64,000 bases of DNA from Scyliorhinus canicula (taxonomy: Eukaryota), in assembly GCF_902713615.1 (NCBI RefSeq), contig NC_052156.1, positions 129,146,407 through 129,210,406 on the forward strand. Reading direction: 5' to 3'. The position numbers were made by a program, and so were the translations under genes. Positions 1-12,087 of this stretch are shown piece by piece (within the stretch, counting starts at the first letter, position 1; every line of letters starts with the position of its first letter). The notes beneath the pieces are model-generated. The model was given only the letters and a program-made list of their open reading frames with translations. It ran no database searches and was not told the origin of the DNA.

Positions 1-1500
1 GATGGTAATGCCATTGAATGTCATGGGGGCGACGATTAGATTTTCTCTTATTGGAGATGGTCATTGCCTGGCACGTGTGTGGCACGAATGTTACTTGCTA
101 TTTGTCAGCCCAAGCCTGGATATTGTCCAGGCCTTTCTGCATTTGGACATGGACTGCTTCAGTATCTGAGGAGTTGTGAATGGTGCTGAGCATTGCATAA
201 TCATCAGCGAACATCCCCATTTCTGACTTTATGATGGAAGGAAGGTCATTGGTGAAGCAGCTGAAGATGGTTGGGCCTAGGACACTACCCTGAGGAACTC
301 CTGCAGTGATGTCCTGTAACTGAGATGATTGAACTGGAACAACCACAACCATCTTCCTTTGTACAGGAATGACTCCAACAAGCAACGGATTTCCCCCCTG
401 GTTCCCATTGACTCCAGTTTTGCTCGGGCTCCCTTGATGCTGCACTTGTTCTAATGTTGCCTTGATGTCATGGACGGTCACTCTTACATCACCTCTGGAA
501 TTTAGCTCTTTTGTTCATGTTTGAACCAAGGCTGCAAAGAGGTCATGGGCGAAGTGACCTCGGCAGAACCCAAACTGAGTGTCACTGAGCCGGTTATCGC
601 TCTGCATCTGCTCCTGGATAAAACTGTTGATGATCTCTTCCATCACTTTACTGATGATTGAGAGTAGAAGAACTGGGGGTGGGGGGGGAGGAAAGAGAGA
701 GAGCTGTAATTGGCCGGGTTATTGGTGCTGCTTCTTATGTATAAGACATACTGGACAATTTTCCACATTGCTGGGGAGATGCCAGTTTTGTCGTTGCAAT
801 GAAACTGCTTGGCCAGGTGCGCTGCAATTTCTGGAGCACAAGTCTTCAGGACTGTGCCAGAATATGGTTCATAGCCTTTGCAGTATCCAGTGCCTTCAAC
901 CGTTTCTTGATGTCACATGGAATGAATTGAATTGGCTGAATGATGCTGGGGACCTCCAGAAGAGGCCAAGTACCACTTCTGACTGAAGATTGTTGCAAAT
1001 GCTTCTACCTTCTCTTTTGCTCTGATGTGCCGGGCTCTTTAATCATTGAGGATGGAGATATTTATGGAGCCGCCTCCTCCAGTTAATTGTTTACTGTCCA
1101 CCACTATTCAAGACGGGATGTGGCAAGACTGCAGAGCTTAATTCTGATCCAGTGGTTGTGGAATCGCTTAGCTCTGTCTATTACTTACTGCTTATGCTGT
1201 TTGGCACACAAGTAGCCCTGTGTTGTAGCCTCACCAGCCTGACCCTGCGTTTTTAGGTATTTCTGGTAAGCCTGCCTGCATTCCTTATTGAACCAGAGTT
1301 GATCCCCTGGCTTAGTGGCAATGGTAGAGTATGGGGTACGCCGGGCCATGAGGTTACAGATTGTGGTTGAGTCCAATTCTGCCGCAGATGACCAACAGCA
1401 GCTCAAGGATGCCCAGCCTTGACTTGCTAGAGCTGCTCAAAGGCTGTCCAATTTAGCATGCTGATAGTGCCATGCAACATGATGGAGGGTATCCTCAATG
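1..1500 (-). mobile_element. Decayed CR1/L2-group LINE, ORF2 reverse-transcriptase region
   Basis: ORF 98-481(-) has GVPQGSVLGP and MFADD RT motifs. ORF 1185-1406(-) has the W-F-N.ECR linker typical of LINE ORF2. The element continues off the window edge. Confidence 0.85.
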
Positions 1501-1764
1501 GGAATTTGAGATTTTGTTGATGGCCACAGTTAAGTTGATGTTGCACTGGAAAAAGCATGGAAAAGGTTGCATAACATCCTAATTGGACATGATCTGAGAG
1601 TATTCCTTATTTAGCTGGTTTTAGGATCATCGGCCCTCATTATTTGGAAGAAATGTGTTTTATTCTTTGAAACTTTCCCTTCCGACGTTTTATTATTTAA
1701 GTTACAATTGCAAAATTGAGTGGCGGAAATTAAAATGGAGAATGTTCTATAATGGGCAGACAAT

Positions 1765-1916
1765 ACATAGAATTTGCAGTGCAGAAGGAGGCCATTCAGC
1801 CCATCAAGTCTGCACCGGCCCTTGGAAAGAGCACCCTACCTAAGACCACACCTCCACCCTATACCCCATAACTCAGTAACCCCACCTAACCTTTTGGACT
1901 CTATAAGGGACAATTT
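1765..1916 (-). mobile_element. HE1/V-SINE 3' part (CR1-type tail)
   Basis: catagaatttgcagtgcagaaggaggccattcagccc... is the reverse of the tail shared by the other copies in the window. Confidence 0.8.
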
Positions 1917-2039
1917 CTGCTCTGCTGGTTTACTACCCAAAGAGTGAAATTACCTCCAATATGAATTATAATATTGAAGGTATTTGACTGGGCAAAACAA
2001 CTCATGAACTCGAACAGTTTTCACCATCTAGAACTATTG

Positions 2040-2285
2040 GTCCCTTTGACAGCAGCCCCTTGTGCATTCCCCTTCCATTATCACATCACGAGACACTCTG
2101 CTTCGACAGTCTAAGCACCACACTCTGGAATCTTCTCCCTCAGTCCCCGCAATTCCTTACTTCCTATTCCTCTTTAAACCCCCCCCCCGACCAAGCTTTC
2201 TGTCACCCTTTTTAGAATGTTCTTTGTTTATTACACCTCTCCTATGTCATGTTGTTTTTCTAACATAAAGTGATGTATAAATGGC
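2040..2285 (+). mobile_element. Very old L2-type LINE 3' end
   Basis: gaccaagctttctgtcacc...gtttttctaacataaagtgatgtataaatg resembles the L2 3' tail; highly diverged. Confidence 0.45.
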
Positions 2286-3824
2286 CTGTGAAAAGATTGT
2301 GGAGAAATGCGTCAATAGAAGGCAGTTGGGCTGTTGAAGTATTGAGAAATAATTTTGGAAACGTTAATGGCGGTCAGTAGAAATAGTTACGATAGTTAGT
2401 TTAGTTATTTTATAGTTGAACCTTGTTTTAAGTCATGGTCATCCTCTGTGCTGTAACCATGGTGTGATTCTAACTATACCATAGATAATTAGATCAATAT
2501 CAAGAGAACATATGCCAGTTTGTCAGAACCGATTGGAAAATAGACAGATTCTTTTAAACTGTCCTGACCTATTTCTCTCGCTACTATCATCCTTGGCTGT
2601 TGACCAATTTGGATATTGATGGACAAGAGCTATCTGGCTATCGCTGCCTCACAAACTTTAGTGGCAGTTTTTTCCAGCACTTGACAAGATTTTCAAACTG
2701 CTAACAGGATTGTCAAGACGGAGGTGAAAAACAACTCGAGGCATTGAACTGAAGATACGATATGGGGTCTACCTGACCTTGAGGCTGTGAAATCAAGCCA
2801 TAATTTTGAAGGAGATAAGTAAGGAGTCAACTTGTTCTATCCACAGTTCAAATTATTAGAACAGTGGAGAAACTGGTGACATTTAAAAGTGTCTGAGACG
2901 CATTGATGGAAGCAATCTAGTGAATGTGAAACACCAGAGTGCTATTGAGCTATTGGTTTTGATAAGATAGTGGGGAAAATTGACTTCTGGCCCATTTAGG
3001 ATGATGAAATGAGTATCTACCATACAGTTTGACAACTGGCCTGTGTGCTGAATGACCTTCTCTCTATATTGTCTGATATTCTGTATTCTCTGATCCTTCT
3101 TTAAAAGTTCAGGAGTTGCAATACAGAGGTTTAAAATTGAAGAAATAAAAAGTAGCTTGCAACCAATTTAATAAGCAAGTTAGTAAACATTGAAAAATGC
3201 ACAATGCAAATAATTTGGGCAGTTCAATCCCTCAATCCATCGTGATTTGTTTGTTAATTCCAATCCCGGCTACTGCGTTTTCTCTCATTAGGTATCCAGC
3301 CAAATGTCAGCCTTATTTTGAGTTGCTGCTTTCAGATGTACGTTTGCCATCATTTGGTTTTGTGCCCTTAAACAGATTGTTTGCCGTGTGATGTACATAA
3401 ATTCTTCATGTACGCAAGTGCTCTGACTTGTATGTTCCTGGATCTGTGTGCAACTTCCATAATTTTACAAATTTCATTTTTTCAATACTTATTCATGGCT
3501 TCAAATCCGTCAGAATTGGAAAGTTTGGCCTAAAGCATCTTGTGGATTACGAGTTTTCAAATAATCGAATGAATAGCTTATTTTTAACCAACACCAATCT
3601 CAGCTTTTGAAATAATTTTGCATTGGATCCGGAATCCCTTCATTTCGTTAAAAGCTGATAGTGTTTTTTGTGAATAAGGTACAAACTCTGTTATCATTGC
3701 TGATTATTTTGTTTTAATCAACAATTTCCATGACACAATTTAATTTGGGGTTGTGAGCTAAAAGCACTGCAGTTTTACAGGTTTACATTGATTTTAATGA
3801 TGGAGATAAAATCAAAATGTGTTT

Positions 3825-4134
3825 CATAGAACATAGAACATACAGTGCAGACGGATGCCATTCGGCCCACTTAAGCGCCCACTTCCACCCTATCCCCGTA
3901 ACTCAATAACCCCTCCTAACCTTTTTTGAACACTAAGGGCAATTTATCATGGCCAATCCACCTAACCTGCATGTCTTTGAACTGTGGGAGGAAACCTGAG
4001 CACCCGGAGGAAACCCACACAGACACGGCTAGAACGTGCAGACTCCGCACTGACAGTGACCCAGCGGGGAATCGAACCTGGGACCCTGGCGCTGTGAAGC
4101 CACAGTTCTAGCCACTTGTGCTACCGTGCTGCCC
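3825..4134 (-). mobile_element. HE1/V-SINE, full length, CR1-type tail
   Basis: tRNA head (gggcagcacggtagcac..., B box ggttcgattcc), V domain and (catagaa)n tail on the - strand. Confidence 0.9.
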
Positions 4135-4232
4135 CGAGTCCTTCCTTTGTAGTTCCTTCCTAGTTACTATTGTTAAAAAAATTTTAATTGCTCCAAACTG
4201 AAAAGTAACCTATGGAAATAAAGACATAGTGT

Positions 4233-5053
4233 GGGCGGAATTTTCACAGAAATAACCAAGTGTCATTTTGGGCACGGAAATCGGTGCGAAACACACCGGC
4301 TGTTCCGGCGCGATTCCAATCGCAATCCTCCCCCCTGATCATTTTTTGGGAGGGGGTATGATTTGCACTGACATTAACATTGAGATGGGTGCGGCTTAAA
4401 TACTCCAGCATGTCCGGCGATCTCAGAACAATACTGCAGTCCCCCCCTCCCAGTCACCGGCATCAGGCGCTCGATCGCCAATTTCAGACCCCCCCCCACC
4501 CCCGCCAAAATCATCGCCATTACCCCCTCCGTCCAATCATGAACGTCAGACAGCACTGCTAATCGCCGGTAAAGTGCGACCCCCCCCCCCCCCACCCCTC
4601 CAGGTGTCGCCAAACTCCTCTTCTCCTCATGCCCCATCCCCTGTCAGGTCCAGCCCCCGTCAGGTCCGCTCCTTGGCACTGTCTCTTAGCAATTAGCTGC
4701 CAGGGAACTGCTCTGCCATGTCGCTAGCCACCCAGGACTTACAATGGCCTCCAAGCCCTCATGTGGTCATCACATCTGGTCTCTGTTTGTGGAGACTAGT
4801 TTTGATTCACAGCGGTATTGCATTGCACCAGCAGTTGGGAGTAATACAGGAGCTGGGAGAATCTAGTTTGAAACAGATCTTTCATATTTAAATTAAGATT
4901 AAAATATGCTAAGGGCATGAACCAGATTACGTCTGCTGGGAGGGCCCGGGAACATTGCGAACTGCTTCGTGCCTGATGCAAATCCCGTTACAGGGCTCTC
5001 ACGATATTTTTCCGAGATAGTGGGATTTGCGTCATCGCCAGAAAATCGTCCCC
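4233..5053. mobile_element. MITE-like element with GGGC..GCCC-type terminal inverted repeats
   Basis: Begins gggcggaattttc and ends gaaaatcgtcccc; GC-rich non-coding interior within AT-rich flanks. Confidence 0.6.
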
Positions 5054-6347
5054 GTGTGGTTTGAACTGTGATCTCTTAGAATATTAGGAATGTTGTGGCT
5101 TTTGGAGAGTCGTGGGGAGCAAATAGAATTGTATGAGTATTATTAGGCATTAATTTGTGAATTGGCAACCCAAAATGATGACAGAGTGCTCCACATTTCC
5201 ATATTTATGTAAATATTTAGAGAACTTCTTGCATTTTGTGTATCGCATTTTCCTTGTGAGATGATGTATTGTCTCATCAAACTGCGACTTAAGCTATTAT
5301 TGAATGAACCATTGGAGTTCTATCCCTTGGTAAATATCCATTGAACTTCTATTAGCTTTTTTTAATTGTGTAGCCAACTGACGTTTGGTTCTTACATTTA
5401 GTTAGCATTGTGCAACCATAAATGTTATATTCATTTGTGAATTCAAGTCGTGACAGCTTAGATGTGGATCAACGTGATGCACCTTTCTTATACTAGGTTA
5501 CATCGTAATTCATTCTCAAATCGAATGGTTTAAAGTTGGTTTATGAAGCATTTTCACTTGCTGCAGTGATTGAAGCAGAGAGCTTGTCAACTTTCAAGAA
5601 CGGGTTGCATTTGTAGTTGCAGGACAGAGGAATATAGGAACAGGGTAGGTACATGGGATTAGGACGATTATTAGTGAAGAATAAATGCCAATGCACACAG
5701 TTTTAATTGAGCAGCCATGCTGTAATTTCTGAGTATTTCTATGATAAATGGACCTGGGAATAGAAATAATATCCTGGTCCCCAACCTTATTGCAACTGGG
5801 GACAGAGCCATTGTAAATTGGTCCATCGGCCTAATTTGGATGATACAGGTGACCTGAAAGTGCTGTTTGTGACCCCAGAGGCAGTCCACCAGTCACCGGG
5901 GAGGCAGCAAGATCAGCCGGTTTGTTTGCCTGCCAACATCCTCGGGAGTTTTGGGGGATGCTGTGGGAAGGAAATGAAGAAAGGGCAGCAAGCTGTTGCT
6001 GGCTGTGACACACTTAGCATAGAGCCCAAAGACCTGCTTCTCCCAACTCGATAATAAGTTAAAATCTTAATTATATTTTCAAGTTGCAGCCACTTTAGGG
6101 TCTACTGGTTTGGCTCCTAAGCATTTTTGTTGAAACAAAACTCCCAATAGTATGCATAGCATCTTTATGCAGTCCAATTTCTCAAAGGGGCCTGAAAACG
6201 GATGTAGGTCCCTGACTTACAAATAAATAGATATCATGCTGATTTCAGACTCAAACGATGGATTTCCGTATAACAGGCTCAGTTCAATCCAGTTTCTAGA
6301 TTATATGGATCTGCGATGCATAATTGGAATCTGCTAAATCAGAGTCG

Positions 6348-6651
6348 GCCTCACAGCTCCAGGGACCCGGGTTCAATTCCGGCCTCGGGTGACCGTGTGG
6401 AGTTCGAACTTTCTCCCCGTGTCTGCGTGGGTTTCCTCTGGGTGCTCCAGTTTCCTCCCGCAGAAGTGCGGGTTAGATGGATTGGCTATACTAAATTGCC
6501 CCTTAGTGTCCAAAACATTAGTGGGGTTACTGGGTTACGGGGATAGGGTAGAGGCATGGGCTTAAATAGAGTGCTCTTTCCAAGGGCCGGTGCCGACTCG
6601 ATGGGCCAAATGGCCTCCTGCAGTGTAGGGATTCTATAATTCTATGATTCT
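6348..6651 (+). mobile_element. HE1/V-SINE, CR1-type tail
   Basis: B box gggttcaattcc, V domain, tail gggccaaatggcctcc...ggattctat. Confidence 0.85.
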
Positions 6652-6684
6652 TTACAATGTACATACTTACCTTAATCCATCTAT

Positions 6685-6790
6685 AATATATAATATTTGA
6701 CACAAGTAGGCTTAGATTAACACTGCAATGAAGTTACTGTGAAAAGCCCCGAATCACCACATTCCAGTGCCTGTTCGGGTACACAGAGAG
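6685..6790 (-). mobile_element. SINE tail fragment (Rex-like tail type)
   Basis: Reverse of gaacaggcactggaatgtgg...cttttcacagtaacttcattgcagtgtt...cctacttgtg, the same tail as 17867-18168. Confidence 0.7.
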
Positions 6791-7330
6791 AGCATTCAGA
6801 ATGTCCATTTAATGTTGGGCAAACACAAGTTTTTAATATAAAAATTGTAAACATCTTTCTCAAGGGTACAAAAACTGTCCTCATTGGAAAACCATTCTCT
6901 ACATTTATTCATTGTTTGGAAGAGAGCTTTCCAAGTAAAGGCAAATCATGAGTAAACACAAGAGTGATCTAGGATCTTTAGCATCACAAGTAGTTGTGAT
7001 GAATTCTGTATTGTTTTACACAGGCATCCCAGTGTGTCATGTTCTCTAATTCAAGACATTGTGAGAACCTGAATAATTGTCACTGCTCGGTGATTCTGTG
7101 CATTTTCTCTGAAAACTGAGTTAATTCTCTTTTATTGTTAATTTATATAAATATACGAAAATATGCCAACAAACAGTTTAATTAAACATATCCCAAAAAC
7201 ATTTACTTATTCTTTATTTGTCACAAAAGATTAGTTTGTTGAAGATTTAATTGATCAGCAGAAGTAATGCGAGTCTAGTCAGAACATTGATTCCATTGTA
7301 GGTTGATAAAGTTAAATAACATTGTGCCAG

Positions 7331-7990
7331 TTTTTTAAAACATCTGTTTATTGAAAACTATTTCATTTATAACAATACAGCAATATAAATGGATGGTATA
7401 AGTTATGATACAAAAGGAACAGTTAAGAATACATTCAAACCTAACCCCCCCCCCCACAATAATTAACTAAACCCCTCCCCAGCAACTGACAGCAGCTCCC
7501 TCTTTTTAAAAAAAGGAAATGAATGGCTTGCCATCTGAAGTAGAAGCCCTGCACTAACCCCCTAATGGTGTACTTGACCTTCTCCAAATATAAAAATCCC
7601 GAGGCACTGGGTGGAGAAGGAGACCTCCACCCAAGCACTCACCTCCGGGCTATTAACGAGGCAAAGACGAGGACATCCACCTTCACCCCCATCTGCAGCA
7701 CCAGTGAGTCAGGTACCCCGCAAATGGTCACCAAAGGACAAGGCTCCAGTTCAACATTAAAAATCTCTGACAAAAGGAGACCCCAAAACATAACAACTTG
7801 GTACACGGCCAGAACATGAGTATGATTAGCTGGCCCCCGAGAACACCGCTTGCAACACCGCTTGCAACTGGCATCCACCCCCGAAAAAAAGTCCACTCAT
7901 CCTCGCCTTGGTCAGATGAGCCTTGTGCACCACCTTGAACTGGATCAAACTGAGCCGAGCACAGAAGGATGTGGAGTTTACCCTGTTGTA
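7331..7990 (-). mobile_element. L1-clade LINE 3' end
   Basis: Minus-strand ORF pieces RGPANHTH, VLVFASLIARR, LGWRSPSPP match the L1 ORF2 C-terminus and the copies at 15508 and 43400. T-rich end at ~7331. Confidence 0.75.
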
Positions 7991-8330
7991 TCCCGCAGAG
8001 TGTTGCGAGCCAGGTAGATCCCAAAAGCAGGGTCTCCCGGCTTTTATCGGCCATGCTGTGCCATGACGAACTGCTTTTCCTGTGCAGCGTGACCATTGGA
8101 TATCGCCCTATATTTAATGGAAGGCAGTACTGAAATCAAACACATAGAATAGCACCATTGGCTGCTTGATTCCTGTAAAAGAAAATTCATAGAATGTAAG
8201 GGTCACTGACAAGGCCAACATTTGTTGCCCATCTGTAGGATGGTGTGTGACTTGGGAGGGGAATTTGCAGGTCCCACTACGTATTGGGGTGCTTTCTGGG
8301 ATGGCGGGACTGTCATATGAGACCGTTAGG

Positions 8331-8720
8331 ATTATGTTCATTGGAGTTTAGAAGAGTGAGAGGGGATTTCATAGAAACTTAAATATTCTAACAGGATTCG
8401 TTGGGAGATTCGGAAAGAATGTTCTCAATGGTGGGGGAGTCAAGAACTAGGGGTTATAGATGGAGGATAAAGGGTAACTCTTTTAGGATTGAGGTGAGGA
8501 GAAATTTCTTCATCCAGAGAATGGTTGGACTGTGGAATTCACTACCACAGAGGCCAAAGCGTATTATTTCAAGAAGGAATTGGATATAGCACTTGGGGCT
8601 AAAGGAATATGGGGGTGAAGGTGGGATCAGGATACTGAACTTGATGATCAACCATGATAATGAATGGAGGAGGAGGCTCAATGGGCTGAATGGCCTCCTG
8701 CTTCTGTTTTCTATGTATCT
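8331..8720 (+). mobile_element. CR1 (HER1-like) LINE 3' end
   Basis: ORF piece GESRTRG..RRNFF.QR.VGLWNSLP, then the tail gggctgaatggcctcctgcttct...ctatg. Confidence 0.85.
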
Positions 8721-8721
8721 T

Positions 8722-9080
8722 CCACCCTTGTCCTTTTAGGTTTGAAAGGTGGTGTCAAAGGAGGCATGATCAGTTGCTGCACTGCATCTTGTATATAGTA
8801 CACCTATCTGCCACTATGTGCCTGTGATCGAGGGAGTGAGTCAAGCGGGCTGCTTTCCCCTGAAGAATGTCAATCTCCTTGAGTATTGTTGGAGCTGCAC
8901 TCTTCCAAGCAATTGGGGAGTATACCATCACATACCTGACTATGCCTTGTAATTGATGAACAGGCTTTGGACGATCCAGAGCTGAGTTACTTTTTGCAGA
9001 ATTCCCAGTCTTTGACCTGCTATCGTCACAGTGTTTATATGGCAGATCCAGTTAAGTTTTTGGTCGGTGTTAACCTACAG
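8722..9080 (-). mobile_element. CR1/L2-group LINE 3' fragment (its tail lies at ~8185-8280)
   Basis: Sequence resembles the family at 1-1500; the tail portion is separated by the CR1 insertion. Confidence 0.55.
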
Positions 9081-9155
9081 GATATGTATATGCAAATTAT
9101 GAGATGTTATTTTGCTATTTTGTAATATAAATATTACTCTTTTTGTCTTGCCGAG

Positions 9156-9494
9156 TGGTGTTGAATTCTGATGAGAAATAGTCAAAAGTCTTCCAGATGT
9201 TGATAAAATGTTTATTGAGTATTATACAATAAACTAGTGAGTTCTTTCACTTCAATGCTAAACTAGTAAAACAAATAAGTAAGTTGATATAAAATTAACA
9301 ATTAACAATTATAATAATACACTGCACTCTGATCCGATCACATCTTCGCTCTAGCTGTTCTCAACACACACTCCTTAAGAAAAGAGTGGGAAATTCCTTT
9401 TTTAGGTCCCGTTCGTGTTGCCATCTAGTGATCATCTGTCTCTCCTGACTTGACATTACTTGAACTTGTATTAACACATACAGAGATCACTACA
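9156..9494 (-). mobile_element. Solo LTR
   Basis: TG...CA termini (the - strand starts tgtagtgatctctg). Flanks CGAG/TGAG fit a 4-bp TSD with one CpG transition. AATAAA on the - strand. Confidence 0.6.
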
Positions 9495-10749
9495 TGAGCT
9501 AACATCTATTCTACGCCGTGGCTGATCACAGCATACTGCATAGCACTGTCAAACTGTAGTCAGCTTTTTTCAGGCATTCAACGGACAAGCCAGCGGCCTT
9601 CAAGGAGGCTGCCACTCAAAGTAACCTTTTTAGGTTTTTCTGTATATGTTTCACTTTGTTGTTTGTAAAATCATTATCCTCTGATTGAACCTTTAACATT
9701 TTTCTGTTCACATTGCTGTTTAAAACATTTAATTCTGAGTGTTTTAACCTGTTTACAAGTACTTGAGAAGAAGAATGCCATTTAAATTGAAATTTTTGAC
9801 TTTTTAATACATTTTACATGACTTTCTCCTTGTGCAAAGCTATCAAACTTTGCAAAGGCTTTTCAGGATACCTGTGTTTGGGAGAGCAAGGTGCATGACA
9901 CTCTGGTGCCAAAGTGCAATACCCCAATGTTGCATTTCATTGGCTATTTATTTTAAACCTTCATCTGTAATTATGTTAATATCACACATTCATGTGTGCA
10001 ACATGAATAAAGTTCTCTGCAGTTTTGTAATGCCATCTGCTTCAAACTAGTGGGTGAAAGGCCATTATACTTAAGTTGTTCATTTCTTTTGTAAACGTTA
10101 AAGCACTTAACTGTATTTTTATCTTTATTTGCAGGGATTACAAAAGTAACTAGGGATTGTAATCTCTTCACAACTTTGCAGTTATTACTGTCAATGGTTC
10201 TCTGGAAGATTGAAAAATAGTCTTTAGAAAAACTCAAAAGAGAATATTAAATCTGGAATGACCAGGGCAATGATGTTAAGGCTGTTGGACTACTTCAGAG
10301 TCATGAAGCAATTGCTGAAATAGGCAACTGAGCAAGTTATTTCTCGCAGCTAAAATGCATTTCGGTCATCTAAAAGGCTGACTGATGATCCATCACGAGT
10401 GTGTAACAGTCCTTCCTGTTTATTTCCTTTGCTCCCATTTCTTTTATTTCATTATTTTGGCCCACGGACCATGATTGGGATGTGCCTTTAAGCAGAAGAT
10501 TCAAAGTTACAACAGCCTGCTTGCCAGGACATTGTGTTCCCAGGTTTAGTATTTTATACAGAAGAAGCCAAGCTCCTCGGTACCAAGTGAATATTAGGAA
10601 CTAGCTTTGGAGAGAGTCATTCAGTTGGTTAACTGGTAACCGGTGGGTTGGCCAGGTACAGTGTTCTGTCTGACAACGGTCAGCGATTGGTTCCTGCATG
10701 ATGCTTTCTGTGGGAACTTAGCAGAAAAGTTGAGACTTAGGACGTAAAA

Positions 10750-10752
<3 letters not shown>

Positions 10753-10784
<32 letters not shown>
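10753..10784. repeat. (TC)16 microsatellite
   Basis: Direct read. Confidence 0.95.
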
Positions 10785-10787
<3 letters not shown>

Positions 10788-11203
10788 GAAATGGAGTAAC
10801 AGCTCAATTGTTCTGAAAGCAGTGAGTGCCTGGCACATCCTTCTGCTGAGTCTGAAGCGTAAGTAGACAACCTTGCGAGAGAAAATCATCTCAAGCCTAG
10901 AAGGGTGTAGTACCAAAACAAAAGCCTGAACTTCAGAAAGACATTGACTGGCAGTAATCCCAGTGTATCAGAGCTGCTTATCCTTTTATTTTTATTTAAT
11001 TTTCTTTCTCTTTCCACCCTTTCCTGGGTGTGTGTGTAGAGAGTGGGGTGAGTTAGGAAGGGGGCTTGTGAAAGGGGTAGTAGTTAGTCTGTTATGTTTT
11101 CTGTCCATTTAATTATAATACTGTACATAATAAAAGGTTACCTGTGTTTTAAAGTTACAAACCTGGTGACTGGTGATTTATTGGGCTCAACCAAGGATCT
11201 TGG

Positions 11204-11384
11204 AAAATGAAATGAAAATCGCTTATTGTCACGAGTAGGCTTCAATGAAGTTACTGTGAAAAGCCCCTAGTCGCCACATTACGGCGCCTGTCCGGGGAGG
11301 CTGGCACGGGAATCGAACCATGCTGCTGGCCTGCTTGGTCTGCTTTAAAAGCCAACGATTTAGCCCAGTGAGCTAAACCAGCCC
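11204..11384 (-). mobile_element. Short tRNA-derived SINE (no V domain, Rex-like tail)
   Basis: gggctggtttagctcactgggctaaatc head, B box ggttcgattccc, tail gtgacaataagcga(ttttc/catttc)n. Confidence 0.85.
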
Positions 11385-11761
11385 ATTTCTTTGGTGTTTG
11401 AAATAAAATCTAATTACACCTGTGTTGCGACTCTGGGTCAAGAGGGGCTGGAATTGACTGCGCACTAGCCCAGGGTGGCATAACAAGTGAACAAGGGCAA
11501 TAGCCATATTGGTACATTGAAGTTAGTTGTACAGCTTGGTCAGTTATTGAGTCAAATGGGGTATCTGATGTCTGGTGTGTGCTTTCTTAGCTGATTTCAG
11601 CTGGGGGAGTATTGGTGGTACTGTAATTGTTCACATTCCTCGGTTGGGTGGCGAACAGACAGCCCAGGCTCCCTCTTCTGATCTGTCTCCATAACCCATC
11701 CTGGAAAATTGTGGGTGAAGGCAACGTTTTGCTAAGCTGTGGCGACCTCTGTGGATTTAGA

Positions 11762-12087
11762 GGTAGCATGGTGGCACAATGGTTAGCACTGCTGCATCAC
11801 GCTGGCAGGGTCCCAAGTTCAATTCCGGCCTCGGGTGACTGTGTGGAGTTTGAATGTTCTCCCCGTGCCTGCGTGGGGGGCTTCCTCTGGGTGCTCTGAA
11901 TTCCTCCCACAGTCCAAAGATGTGCAGGTTAGGTGGATTGACCATGTTAAATGGTCCCTTCGTGCTCAAAGGTTAGGTGGAGTTACGGGTTTATGGGGGA
12001 GTAGGCCTAGGAAGGGTGCTCTTTCAGAGAGTTAGTGCAGGGTCGATGGGCCAAATGGCCTCCTCTGCACAGTAGGGATTCTATGAT
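11762..12087 (+). mobile_element. HE1/V-SINE, CR1-type tail
   Basis: tRNA head, V domain, ggattctatg tail. Confidence 0.88.

Larger units (their letters stand above)
10402..11485 (+). mobile_element. Solo LTR with 4-bp TSD AGTG, carrying a SINE and (CT)n
   Basis: tgtaaca...cataaca termini; AGTG at 10398-10401 and 11486-11489; AATAAA at 11129-11134. Confidence 0.8.
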